A stretch of 54,678 bases of DNA from a virus. Its lineage: Duplodnaviria; Caudoviricetes. Made by a program: the position numbers and the translations under genes. A model generated the notes under the pieces. It saw nothing but the letters and a program-made list of their open reading frames with translations, did not search any database and was not told the origin of the DNA. How positions within the stretch are numbered: the stretch's first letter is position 1; each line of letters opens with the position of its first letter. Shown here one piece after another: positions 29,212 to 38,810 of the stretch. The stretch lies in the IMG/VR virus record IMGVR_UViG_3300012919_001792, positions 1-54,678 of that record, one strand, 5' to 3'.

Positions 29212-29559
29212 ATGGATGAACGCTTAGAAAAGGCACTAGATTTTGCTAACTATAGAGCAACTATTGCCAACCAACGTGATCAATTAAAAAACAGAATTAG
29301 CACTGTTAAAATTTGCCACCACAAAGGTGCACAATTTACAGCAGATAAAACCAACATTAGTTTTATTAAAGCAATGATTGATTCAGGGCATGAATCAGCT
29401 GTGGTTGAAGATGATAAAAACAATCCAGTTGAAGTTGAAGAATTAAGCAAATTGCTTGAAGAATTGACAAGTGCATATCATTCTGCTATGAATGAGTATT
29501 TGATTGAACACAAAAAAATTAACAAAGCAAGAGCCTTGAAAACTATGATGGATTGGTAG
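29212..29559 (+). CDS. Hypothetical protein, first gene of the modification island
   Basis: ORF with strong SD and promoter; MDERLEKALDFANY... Confidence 0.75.
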   Translation: MDERLEKALDFANYRATIANQRDQLKNRISTVKICHHKGAQFTADKTNISFIKAMIDSGHESAVVEDDKNNPVEVEELSKLLEELTSAYHSAMNEYLIEHKKINKARALKTMMDW

Positions 29560-29732
29560 TGAATCAATCTGAAATTCCTGAAACCATAATCTACGTAGAC
29601 TCAGATAGAGTATGGTGTATGGGAGAAGCAATGGATCACCCAAAAGTATACTATACTGTACCAGATGAAGGTTTTGTAGTATGTGGTTACTGTGATATCA
29701 AATTTGCTAGAAAGAAAAAAGAAGATGAGTAA
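29559..29732 (+). CDS. zf-CHCC zinc-finger protein (NDUFS6-like), 57 aa; not in the ORF track
   Basis: Hand translation from GTG: MNQSEIPETIIYVDSDRVWCMGEAMDHPKVYYTVPDEGFVVCGYCDIKFARKKKEDE; C..HPKVY..CGYC motif; overlaps both neighbours. Confidence 0.8.
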   Translation: MNQSEIPETIIYVDSDRVWCMGEAMDHPKVYYTVPDEGFVVCGYCDIKFARKKKEDE

Positions 29733-30606
29733 AGGCACCTGTTTTATAGCATTGAACAACAAAGAACTTGATTATATTTCATTCTCTGTTCATGCCGCAA
29801 ATCAAATAAAAAAACATTTTAAGAAAAATAATGCTACTGCACTTATAACTGATTATGATGGTAGAGGATATTTAGAAAGCATATATTCTATAGAAGAAAT
29901 CAACGCTGTTTTTGATGAAGTTGTTATTGATAAAACCAAATACAATGATACTGACAACACACGTATACATTTTGATACTCCATGGAGTGAATTTGTAGCA
30001 CCTTTCAAAAATAGACAGAAACACGACATATTTTGGATGTCACCATTTGATAAAACACTGCTTTTAGATATTGATTATATCGTGCAGAGCAATCATTTGG
30101 AATATCTTTTTAAAGATGATAATCCACATTCAATACAGATGTTTGATAATGCTAGATATCTAAGATACAAACAAGCACCATTTCCTGAAAGATATCTTCA
30201 CCCAAATGGTGTACCTATGTGGTGGAGCACCGTAATCTATTTTGATAAAAGTCCTGAAAGCAAAATGTTTTTTGACTTGTGGAGCCATATAGCGGACAAC
30301 TATGATTACTACAAATTTTTGTATGGCTTTACAGGTAAACTATTTAGAACAGACTTCTGTGTAAGTATTGCACTGCACATACTAAATGGAATGCAACACG
30401 GCGATTTTGTAGAACCTATAGCTGGAAGTTTGATCAACGTTGATCAAAAAGACTTTATTGCACAAAGTAAAACAGCAGAAAACTATCACTTTTTAGCATA
30501 CAATAGAGATGAGCCATGGAAAAATATTTTGGTTCATATAAAAGATCAAGACCTACACATTATGAACAAGCGTAGTCTAATGGAAGCAATAGAGAAATAC
30601 GAATGA
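29725..30606 (+). CDS. Glycosyltransferase-like protein (GT-A fold)
   Basis: SPFDKTLLLDIDY (DxD), WSTVIYFDKS, FRTDF, HIMNK; start moved to ATG 29725. Confidence 0.65.
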   Translation: MSKGTCFIALNNKELDYISFSVHAANQIKKHFKKNNATALITDYDGRGYLESIYSIEEINAVFDEVVIDKTKYNDTDNTRIHFDTPWSEFVAPFKNRQKHDIFWMSPFDKTLLLDIDYIVQSNHLEYLFKDDNPHSIQMFDNARYLRYKQAPFPERYLHPNGVPMWWSTVIYFDKSPESKMFFDLWSHIADNYDYYKFLYGFTGKLFRTDFCVSIALHILNGMQHGDFVEPIAGSLINVDQKDFIAQSKTAENYHFLAYNRDEPWKNILVHIKDQDLHIMNKRSLMEAIEKYE

Positions 30607-31460
30607 CAGTAGAAACAAAAGAAGAAAACGGCTGGCTTATAAATGCTGGCAACTCAGAAATTTTTTACAATCAAGCATTAGCTAGTGCTATGTTGTTGAA
30701 AATAAATCAAAAGATGCCAGTGGCAATTTGCGTAGACAATCTAGATAAGTTCAAAAACATAGTATCAGCTGACTTCGAAGACTATGTTGATTATATCATT
30801 GAATATCCATTTGGAGATACCAGTGCAAACATGCCATATCCACAATTGAATCAATGGCAACTGTATCATGTTACCCCTTTTCAAAAAAATATTTTAATTG
30901 AAGCTGATACACTGGTATTATCAGATATTGATTATGTATGGCAACTTGGAAACACAAATATACAGTTTCCTACAACTGTGGTTGACTTCCGCAATGTGCC
31001 ATGGATACCTCCTAATGTAGAACTATTCAATGAAAATAATATTAAAACACTACATGCAGGAATATGGTTCTTCAAAGCAAACAATGAAGAGTCTGAAAGA
31101 TATTTTAAAATGCTAGACGTAGTTTGTCAAAATTGGCGGCAAGCATTTAAAACATATTTCAAACCAGAACACGTATTAGATTTTCCATGTCTAGATACTT
31201 TGCATGCTGTAACTGTAAAAATGTTAGATGAATATGATAGTTACACTGTAACTAATTCAAATCTATTGAGCTATACGTTGATGCTTAACACAGTTGAACA
31301 AAGATGGAACGACATAATGAATACATGGTATATTCAAAGTTTTAAGATCGATAACTATAGACAAAATGGAGTTCTAAAATATACTGAACCATCAGTGATG
31401 ACAGAGAAAATTTTTAATGGAATCAGAAATCATTATAGAAGTGCCGTTGCAAAAACCTGA
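30603..31460 (+). CDS. Glycosyltransferase-like protein, paralogue of the previous gene
   Basis: YNQALASAMLLK, TPFQKNILIEADTLVLSDID, LHAGIWFFK. Confidence 0.6.
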   Translation: MTVETKEENGWLINAGNSEIFYNQALASAMLLKINQKMPVAICVDNLDKFKNIVSADFEDYVDYIIEYPFGDTSANMPYPQLNQWQLYHVTPFQKNILIEADTLVLSDIDYVWQLGNTNIQFPTTVVDFRNVPWIPPNVELFNENNIKTLHAGIWFFKANNEESERYFKMLDVVCQNWRQAFKTYFKPEHVLDFPCLDTLHAVTVKMLDEYDSYTVTNSNLLSYTLMLNTVEQRWNDIMNTWYIQSFKIDNYRQNGVLKYTEPSVMTEKIFNGIRNHYRSAVAKT

Positions 31461-32388
31461 ACACAAATTTTTTGTGTACTATGATTTAAACGGCAAGATA
31501 AAACAAATAACCAAAGAGATAGTTGAGGACAGCGAATATGATTATGTTGTCACAGACATGCCTGAAGCAGGAGATATTGCAAGCGGACATTTGAATCAAA
31601 ATCATTGGTGTGTAAGTTTTAGTGATGCAACACAGCAAATAGAATTTATGCATAAAAAGTATGCAGGAACTTTGCGTCCGTCGGAAGATCTTTTGTATCA
31701 AATACCAATGATTGAAGATGCAATAATTGAACCAGATATACTAGTTGAATTGTTTCCAGTTCAAAATGTACTAGCTATTACAATAGGAGAATCATGTAAA
31801 AAAAGATTGCTATGGGGATTGAATATATACGATTTGAAGAATACTACAGGATCCGCTCTTAATCTTTATATTACAAAAAAGGACAATCCAGATTATTTGA
31901 TAGTGCAAGTAGACATAGATCCAATGGAACTTATTCTTCATCAAAAACTAATTGTAGAAATACCAACAACGTTGACCAAATATGTAAATTTTAATGATAT
32001 ATCAATTTTTACCACAAGACTTTTTGAACAGTATTCATGTAAATTACTTAACGATTATGTTGATCATGATCCAATGGATAACCGTCGACTCAAAATGGCA
32101 GAAGACACCAGCGAAGGTCATATTACTTTTAGTAAAACCAAAGACAATAAACTACATGTCAAAGCAATACAAGATATTAATAAAGTAACACCAGAAAAAG
32201 CCTTGCAATTTTATATACTAGATGCTATAATACAGCAAGATCTTGAAAGTAGATACATAGGAACCATTATGGCAAAAACAGAAGAAATCGTAGAAGGAAA
32301 AACATTTGATATTGATGTTCCTGAAAACTTTTCAGTCTTACACAAGTACAAACTTTTAATAGGAGTAGACTATGAAACAAAGCATTAA
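31417..32388 (+). CDS. Hypothetical protein
   Basis: 323-aa ORF overlapping both neighbours in the operon; no recognised motif. Confidence 0.7.
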   Translation: MESEIIIEVPLQKPEHKFFVYYDLNGKIKQITKEIVEDSEYDYVVTDMPEAGDIASGHLNQNHWCVSFSDATQQIEFMHKKYAGTLRPSEDLLYQIPMIEDAIIEPDILVELFPVQNVLAITIGESCKKRLLWGLNIYDLKNTTGSALNLYITKKDNPDYLIVQVDIDPMELILHQKLIVEIPTTLTKYVNFNDISIFTTRLFEQYSCKLLNDYVDHDPMDNRRLKMAEDTSEGHITFSKTKDNKLHVKAIQDINKVTPEKALQFYILDAIIQQDLESRYIGTIMAKTEEIVEGKTFDIDVPENFSVLHKYKLLIGVDYETKH

Positions 32389-33355
32389 TGAATTTGATAT
32401 AGTTTTCATAAGCTATGACGAACCCAATGCAGATGATAATTATGCACATCTATTAGAGATATGCCCGTGGGCAATGCGTAGCCATGGAGTATGGGGCAGT
32501 GATGCCGCTCACAAGGCCGCGGCCGCAATGTGCGAATCAGAAAGATTTATTACCATTGACGCAGACAATTTAGTACGTCCTGAATTCTTCAACATAGAAG
32601 TTGACATGCGTAAAGTAGGAGTCCATGATGTAGTAAGTTGGGCAGGAAAAAATACTGTAAATGGACTGGTGTACGGCAATGGCGGAATAAAACTTTGGCC
32701 TAAACACGTGGTTGAACAAATGCGTACACATGAGGCCGCACCTGAAGAAGACAAAAGAGCACAGGTTGATTTTTGTTGGAATATTGGTTATGTACAAATG
32801 AACAACATCTACTGTGATGTAATGAATAATGGATCTCCACTACAGGCATGGCGAGCTGGTTTTAGAGAAGGTGTTAAAATGACACTAGCAGATGGTGATA
32901 TCGTAGATCCAAAAGCTCTACGTAAAATGGTACACTACAAAAACATGGCTAGGCTTTTTACTTGGATGAGCGTTGGTCAAGATTCTACAAATGGTATTTG
33001 GGCTATGTATGGTGCAAGACAAGGCTGTCATATGACCAATATTGCACGTAAAGACTGGGATTGGAAAAAAGTAAGAGACTTTGATTGGCTGAGTAATTTT
33101 TTCAAAGAAGATATATTTCCAAAGTTTGCAGATGATGAAGGTGAAATATGTGCAAACACTGGTATGCGTTGGAATATGGACAAGGTTAGAAATGCTAGTA
33201 TAGAGCTTGGCGTAGATATTAAAAAACATCTTAACTTACCTATTGCTGACTTAGATGAAGATGGTAGTAGATTTTTTAAGGCAGTGTATACAAATCCAAC
33301 TAGACTTGAACCATTCGTGCGTGAAGATCAAGTTGACTATACAATTGACGAATAA
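32372..33355 (+). CDS. Glycosyltransferase-like protein (GT-A fold)
   Basis: DIVFISYDEPNA, AAHKAAA, ITIDADN, NGLVYGNGGIKLW, AWRAGFREGVKM; AGGAG SD. Confidence 0.65.
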   Translation: MKQSINEFDIVFISYDEPNADDNYAHLLEICPWAMRSHGVWGSDAAHKAAAAMCESERFITIDADNLVRPEFFNIEVDMRKVGVHDVVSWAGKNTVNGLVYGNGGIKLWPKHVVEQMRTHEAAPEEDKRAQVDFCWNIGYVQMNNIYCDVMNNGSPLQAWRAGFREGVKMTLADGDIVDPKALRKMVHYKNMARLFTWMSVGQDSTNGIWAMYGARQGCHMTNIARKDWDWKKVRDFDWLSNFFKEDIFPKFADDEGEICANTGMRWNMDKVRNASIELGVDIKKHLNLPIADLDEDGSRFFKAVYTNPTRLEPFVREDQVDYTIDE

Positions 33356-33357
33356 TA

Positions 33358-33465
33358 TTATTCATAGATATGTTTGTTTTTTTTAGCTTTTTGTATTTTC
33401 TTATTCATCTGTCTTTTCAAACGCAGATACTTAATTTTGGTTTTGATCCAATTTAACCAAGACAT
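33358..33465 (-). CDS. Small basic peptide 1 (35 aa), C-terminus KHIYE; not in the ORF track
   Basis: MSWLNWIKTKIKYLRLKRQMNKKIQKAKKNKHIYE; GAGGAGG SD upstream; start overlaps the end of the SGNH-like gene. Confidence 0.75.
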   Translation of the reverse strand: MSWLNWIKTKIKYLRLKRQMNKKIQKAKKNKHIYE

Positions 33466-34196
33466 ATTTTAACCTCCTCACCTATATAACGAGCAAAATC
33501 AATATGGGCCTCTACAGTGTAATGACCTGTTCTTCCGTCGATATTATCATAATGATTGTTTTTTCTCATGAATTCATGAGCTGTTGATTTATTTTTGTTA
33601 TGGCCAATTACTGATTGATCTTGATAATAACGATTGTATATATGTCTATATCTATTAGTAAGATCCGGTGGATGAGCAAGAAAATGTATCATACAATATT
33701 TTAAATTTTGAGATTTAAGATAATTTGCCAACAGTGTATAGTCTCTAATAAATGTTTTTTCATCTTCAAGTACATTGTGAAAACTGTTGAGTCCTTGCCA
33801 TAGTTGTTTAGCAAAAGGAATGAATTTTAAATCACCACTTAAATCATAACCAACATAAAATTTAGCTTTGTTTTTGTAACACTTTAGATCTTCTGGTACT
33901 TCAAAGTGATATCTCCAAGTGCTTGTCCAGCCTATCAATACTCTTATATCTTTTTCACCATCTGATATTAACTGTTCAATGTCATCGATAGTGTGTAATG
34001 CAATACTTTCATTGTTGCTTCCGCTGAATGCATTGTTTATGTATTGCCATGAGCTGAAGTAACGTTTGTGTAATTGCCCACTCCAGCTTAACTTCCTATT
34101 ATCATCTCTTGGATCCGTACTATGATCATATTGCCCAGCGCCTACCAGTTCAGCACCTGCTGTATGACTGCATCCATTCACATATAGTACTGTCAT
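33453..34196 (-). CDS. SGNH/GDSL-like hydrolase/acyltransferase
   Basis: LYVNGCSHT (block I Ser), GSNNESI, LIGWTS, DGRTGHY; start moved to the ATGA overlap at 34196. Confidence 0.7.
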   Translation of the reverse strand: MTVLYVNGCSHTAGAELVGAGQYDHSTDPRDDNRKLSWSGQLHKRYFSSWQYINNAFSGSNNESIALHTIDDIEQLISDGEKDIRVLIGWTSTWRYHFEVPEDLKCYKNKAKFYVGYDLSGDLKFIPFAKQLWQGLNSFHNVLEDEKTFIRDYTLLANYLKSQNLKYCMIHFLAHPPDLTNRYRHIYNRYYQDQSVIGHNKNKSTAHEFMRKNNHYDNIDGRTGHYTVEAHIDFARYIGEEVKICLG

Positions 34197-34909
34197 TGTT
34201 TTAATCCGTTTTTGATTAAATGTTCTGCCCAAGCCTTGTGTGCATCTTCTCTGTAATGTCCTGTTCTTCCATCAATTGAATTATCATATCCTTGTTGTTC
34301 TAGCCAACCATTCATTGTGTCTTTCCAACTATTTTTATTTAATACCTTTGGATTTTGAAAATAGTGTTCAAACAATTTATGATAGCGTGTTGTTTTTTCA
34401 TAAAACCATAGTGTCTGTACCATACAATAATCAATATTATGCTGTTCAAAATATGTTACCATCATGGTGTAGTCTTTAATAAATGTTCTTTGTTGTTGTT
34501 CATCTGTGTCAGCCAACGCTACCAAGCCTTGCCAAAGTTCTTTTGCGTAAGGTATACTATCATGCTTGTAAGTTAAACCTTGACTGTTGAAGAACTTAAA
34601 TCTGTTATCTGTTTTATCAAAACTACTATCACAGTCATAGTGATATCTATTAGGATCTGTCAAACCAATTAATACAAAACAATCATTGCTGTTGATTGTT
34701 TGTAAATATTCTAATGTATCTAATGCAATACTTTCATTGTTGTTGCCATTTCTAGAAACATTTACATATTCATAGTCAGGAAAAAGTTGTCTGTGTATAT
34801 GTCCTGCGTAACTGTGGTGTTTGTCATATTCAGTACAATTACTTTTTACATACTCCATTTCTCCGCCGCCGGTATGACTACATCCGTTGACGAGAAATAC
34901 CTTAGGCAT
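34193..34909 (-). CDS. SGNH/GDSL-like hydrolase/acyltransferase, tandem paralogue
   Basis: LVNGCSHT, GNNNESI, LIGLTD, DGRTGHY; shares IP(F/Y)AK.LWQGL and TFI.DYT with its neighbour. Confidence 0.7.
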   Translation of the reverse strand: MPKVFLVNGCSHTGGGEMEYVKSNCTEYDKHHSYAGHIHRQLFPDYEYVNVSRNGNNNESIALDTLEYLQTINSNDCFVLIGLTDPNRYHYDCDSSFDKTDNRFKFFNSQGLTYKHDSIPYAKELWQGLVALADTDEQQQRTFIKDYTMMVTYFEQHNIDYCMVQTLWFYEKTTRYHKLFEHYFQNPKVLNKNSWKDTMNGWLEQQGYDNSIDGRTGHYREDAHKAWAEHLIKNGLKQ

Positions 34910-36212
34910 GCTTCTTGCTCCAAGTTTCAAATACATCTACCAATCTAGGATCCAAACTTTTTATAGATTGGTTTCTTAGTAGATCAAAATCTTTTGTACG
35001 ACGAACAAAACGTATTTGCCTTTGTTCTTCGTTTGGCATATATCCTTGAGCTGTTTCACCTGTTTCATTGCCTGTAAAAGTATGAGGTTCATGAAGTTTC
35101 TTTAATATGTCTGCAATTCTTGTGTTACGCTTGATCTTATCAGACAATTTAATTTTTTCACATACTGCACTGAGTTCATCATAGACTTGTTTTTTGTATT
35201 TTTCTGGCAAAATTCTAATATCCAAATCCTTGGGCACAATTACAAAATTGAAACCTATTTTATGATTATGCTCATAGTTGTGATGTTTGTTGTTGTCATA
35301 CCACCATTGCACAACTTTAGGTATTTCAAATATATTATACATCTGCACTGTCATAAGAATATTTGTTTTTGCGATCTGTTGATACTCTTTGTAGTGTTTT
35401 AGTATTTCATTTATCTTGCTTGGATACCTTATATAATCATGACTGTTTGCTATTCCATCAATGCTGAAATTAAGCCAAAGATCTTTGAACTCTGTAAGCA
35501 TTCTTACGACCTTGCCTTGCTTTCTAGTGCCATTTGTAGTAATATCCAATGCTATATTTTTTGCAATATCAGTGTCAACGCAGTACTGAAACATTTTGAT
35601 TACTCCTTGCATAAACATAGGCTCACCACCTGCAATTTTAAGTTTATGCACATAAGGAATTATTTTTTTGAATTCTTCAAACTTTTTGTCATCATCTAAC
35701 CAATTGCCTATTTCATATCCATCATGTCCATAGTATGGATTGAGTTCTGGATTGTCTGTAAGTTCATCCATCAAACCACTGCTGGCAGAAGGAAAGCACA
35801 TTCTACAACGGAGATTACAAAAATTACCAGGACGCCAGTCTAGCCAATTTGGAAAACCATCTGTGTTGCCAGCTTCAACTTCTATGTCCCAGTCATCATG
35901 TGGAGGTCTATAATTATTGGTCAATATACTTCTATCACTGCCACCAGCCGCATCATCCAAATTGTAACAGCCTTGGCAGAGAACTGGTCTTTCTCCGTCC
36001 AACATTTGTTGTCTAATTTTTTGATATTTTTCTCCGCGCCAAATATCTAGAATATTTTCTTTAGAAACATTTCTACTTAATGCATGATCCCAGTCTCCTA
36101 CACAGCATACATGCACAGTGCCATCAGTGTTGATATGACTTTGACTAAAAGGCAAAATACAAAAAGCAGAATTATTGTCTCTATGGTATTCGTACTTTTT
36201 CATTACAGCCAT
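34902..36212 (-). CDS. Radical SAM protein with N-terminal SPASM/twitch domain
   Basis: FCILPF...DGTVHVCC...CQGC; CNLRCRMC; GGEP; TTNGT; SIDG..YIRYP. Confidence 0.9.
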   Translation of the reverse strand: MAVMKKYEYHRDNNSAFCILPFSQSHINTDGTVHVCCVGDWDHALSRNVSKENILDIWRGEKYQKIRQQMLDGERPVLCQGCYNLDDAAGGSDRSILTNNYRPPHDDWDIEVEAGNTDGFPNWLDWRPGNFCNLRCRMCFPSASSGLMDELTDNPELNPYYGHDGYEIGNWLDDDKKFEEFKKIIPYVHKLKIAGGEPMFMQGVIKMFQYCVDTDIAKNIALDITTNGTRKQGKVVRMLTEFKDLWLNFSIDGIANSHDYIRYPSKINEILKHYKEYQQIAKTNILMTVQMYNIFEIPKVVQWWYDNNKHHNYEHNHKIGFNFVIVPKDLDIRILPEKYKKQVYDELSAVCEKIKLSDKIKRNTRIADILKKLHEPHTFTGNETGETAQGYMPNEEQRQIRFVRRTKDFDLLRNQSIKSLDPRLVDVFETWSKKHA

Positions 36213-37291
36213 TCAAAAGAAGGAGTTCTATATTTTTCAGTGATTGCCCAGGTGTTATCTGAATTTAAAGCTGATGAATCAGCAGTGAATGATTCATAAT
36301 GCACTGTATCTTCAACTATTTTTCCAACAGGAACAGGTTCAACAAGTTCAGGTCTAAGACCATAACTTTTATGCCATTGCTGAAACTCTTGTTCCTCCAA
36401 TACATGTTGGAGTGTATTGTTTGGATAAAAAGTAAAGCCCCCTTTGATTTTCCCTACATTTCTTATGTCCCACTCAGTGGGATCATCATATTCTTGAAAA
36501 CATTGAAAATAGTCTTTGCCAGTAATGCTTTTCATTAAAGTTACATCACACTCATCTTTGTCGTCTGGAAAACTTCTAAGTATATCTTCAATCTCAGGCT
36601 CCACATGATATTCATACCATTTTCTTCCATCTTCGTTGAAGACATCTGGTTCTATGCTTATTGACCAAGTTTTTTTGTTATTTTTAACTGCTTTATCTAC
36701 TAGATTTTTTGCTCTTGGACAAAGTCTACTATCTTCGTATATATGTATCCATTTGTTAATTCTATTGTTCGCACTGCTAAATTCATCCCAACAGTTCCAA
36801 ATTGAAAAGTCGTTTCTTTGTAAACTGTGTACCCATTCAAGCACATCACCATCATTTATAAACTTGCTGTCGTATTTTTGTTTTTCTGTTAAATTAAGTT
36901 GCCATGTGGTTTGAGCAATTTGACCCGTTGTAAAACATCTATGTATCAAGTTTGTTTGTTGCCATGGCATATCATCATATGCATGATAAGGAAAGTATTT
37001 GCCTTTTGTAAACTGCCATCCGTCAAAGCATGCTGAGTGAATAATACGATTTACATCTTCAATTGCTTTGTTTATTTCTTTCACTGCTTGAGTTTGTTTT
37101 TCTACGTTTGCAACTTGATCGCCATGATAAAATGGCAAACCTAATCTAGTCATCATTGGTATATTGTTTGTCATTGCATCATTCATAACATTTTTCCAAT
37201 GATTAGCGATTGGAGTATCACAAATTTCTATTACAATGTGATGATTTGGATAACTTACTTTTAAATGTGTTGCTTCTAAATATGTTTTCAT
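36203..37291 (-). CDS. Hypothetical protein embedded in the radical SAM operon
   Basis: 362-aa ORF overlapping its neighbours; TNLIHRCF, INKWIHIYE, GKDYFQCF...DDP; no family recognised. Confidence 0.7.
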   Translation of the reverse strand: MKTYLEATHLKVSYPNHHIVIEICDTPIANHWKNVMNDAMTNNIPMMTRLGLPFYHGDQVANVEKQTQAVKEINKAIEDVNRIIHSACFDGWQFTKGKYFPYHAYDDMPWQQTNLIHRCFTTGQIAQTTWQLNLTEKQKYDSKFINDGDVLEWVHSLQRNDFSIWNCWDEFSSANNRINKWIHIYEDSRLCPRAKNLVDKAVKNNKKTWSISIEPDVFNEDGRKWYEYHVEPEIEDILRSFPDDKDECDVTLMKSITGKDYFQCFQEYDDPTEWDIRNVGKIKGGFTFYPNNTLQHVLEEQEFQQWHKSYGLRPELVEPVPVGKIVEDTVHYESFTADSSALNSDNTWAITEKYRTPSFEWL

Positions 37292-37839
37292 AATTCCACT
37301 AATCCATATGGCATTGGAGGCAATTCATCGTGTTCGCCTTTTTCCAAAAGTTCTAATAAATCTAGTTGGTTGTATCTTTCAACTTTTTTGTTGATTCGAT
37401 CATCAACAGCATGACAAAATCGCATGGCCATATACCAATAGAATGCAACAGCTAAATCATCATCTAGAAGTATACCGTCGTGTAGTCTTTCCATATTGTG
37501 TATTTTTTCAGCAAACATGTTTGAATGTTGCACATAATCAATTGATGTAATTACCACAGGTTTCCAAATGTTAAATTTTTCAAAGATTTCAAAATAATAA
37601 AAAGACTTCCTATAACAGCTACACGCATTTTCTACAGCAAAATTTTTATAGTCATAGACAAATATAGGCATACCAAGTTTGTTTTTTATTTCCACATAAT
37701 TTGTGTACTGCCAATCTCTAAATGCTAGTTTGATTTTGTTGTCAATTACAAAAGCAACATTGTAGTTTTTGAGATGTTGACATGTCAATATCTTGGGAAA
37801 ATCATCTACATCAAATATTGCAATCAGAACCTGTAACAA
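37288..37839 (-). CDS. Hypothetical protein
   Basis: 183-aa ORF in the same operon, ATGA-coupled to the downstream gene. Confidence 0.6.
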   Translation of the reverse strand: MLQVLIAIFDVDDFPKILTCQHLKNYNVAFVIDNKIKLAFRDWQYTNYVEIKNKLGMPIFVYDYKNFAVENACSCYRKSFYYFEIFEKFNIWKPVVITSIDYVQHSNMFAEKIHNMERLHDGILLDDDLAVAFYWYMAMRFCHAVDDRINKKVERYNQLDLLELLEKGEHDELPPMPYGLVEL

Positions 37840-38731
37840 CTCTTTTTCCTTGTGCTTTTTTTCTTTTCACTCGCTTTGGTTTTTCTGCTTTGTCTATTAG
37901 ATGCTTTGCTTTGGGATTAATAATTTCAAACAGATGTTCTGCCCATTGTTTATGTGCTGGTGCCATAAAATGACCATATCTTCCATCTACATTGTCTTTG
38001 TGTCCTCTACGAGAACAAAAAGCATGATAGGTGTCATCTTTAGTTTTACTGATAACACGTTTGTTGTTTAGCCAATGTCTTTTTGCAAAACTATCATTTT
38101 CAAATGCAATTTCACGTTGCATCCAGTCTTCATCACCATATTCTCTTTTTGGTGTTTTAAACACTTTATTCATCATACGTTTCATCCAACCTTTTGGTTT
38201 TTTGTCTAACTTTGCTTGTTGATGTGCAAAATTTTGATCATTGAAAACCACCATAGTATGAAACAAAGGTATTTGTTTTTGTTGAAAAAGTGAATCAACC
38301 ATAAGGTATAGATTTAGAAATCTTTTTTCTTGCAGTACATTGTCAGCATATATTTCAAAATATATATCATTGAGTAACTTGATTTCGCTGGGAATACTTT
38401 CATGTTTGCGAGTATAGTTGTTTATTCTTTCCCTATAAAATCCATACTCAGCATCATAACGTGAAAACCTACGCACAAGCCTCATGGGCTCTGGCCATTG
38501 TATAACTGCTATATCACGTGATGTCAATGAGTCAATGTTTTCTAGTGCAAAGTCAGCCACCATTTCTATGTCTGCACCACCTCTGCTGATGTTGACCTGT
38601 GTTCTCTTTAATTTTTTGGCTAACACTCCGCTCCAGCGTAGTTCAAGATCTGCGTCATGCAATTTATCTGTTTCAGTAATTTCAAAGCCTTCAGTGTGAC
38701 TACAACCAGCTACAAAAAGTTTATCAGTCAT
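37811..38731 (-). CDS. SGNH/GDSL-like hydrolase/acyltransferase with basic C-terminal tail
   Basis: LFVAGCSHTEG, NISRGGA, VIQWP, DGRYGHF; start moved to ATG 38731. Confidence 0.7.
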   Translation of the reverse strand: MTDKLFVAGCSHTEGFEITETDKLHDADLELRWSGVLAKKLKRTQVNISRGGADIEMVADFALENIDSLTSRDIAVIQWPEPMRLVRRFSRYDAEYGFYRERINNYTRKHESIPSEIKLLNDIYFEIYADNVLQEKRFLNLYLMVDSLFQQKQIPLFHTMVVFNDQNFAHQQAKLDKKPKGWMKRMMNKVFKTPKREYGDEDWMQREIAFENDSFAKRHWLNNKRVISKTKDDTYHAFCSRRGHKDNVDGRYGHFMAPAHKQWAEHLFEIINPKAKHLIDKAEKPKRVKRKKAQGKRVVTGSDCNI

Positions 38732-38810
38732 ATATGTGTTTCCCTTTGGCACGTCTATGTCTTAGCCATGTCTTTATTTTCAAACGTATTCTTGTCAACC
38801 ATTTTATCAT
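38724..38810 (-). CDS. Small basic peptide 2 (28 aa), C-terminus KHIYD; not in the ORF track
   Basis: MIKWLTRIRLKIKTWLRHRRAKGKHIYD; ATGA overlap with the upstream radical SAM stop and 8-nt overlap with the downstream SGNH start, filling the gap exactly. Confidence 0.75.
   Translation of the reverse strand: MIKWLTRIRLKIKTWLRHRRAKGKHIYD

Noticed and set aside
36735-36752. Internal WIHIYE in the hypothetical protein 36203-37291, matching the micro-peptide terminus
   Set aside because: It is internal, with no basic linker or adjacent stop; a four-residue match is plausibly chance.
38770-38798. Minus-strand TTGACA as a promoter for the SGNH gene
   Set aside because: No acceptable -10 at 16-18 nt spacing; it lies within micro-peptide 2 coding sequence.
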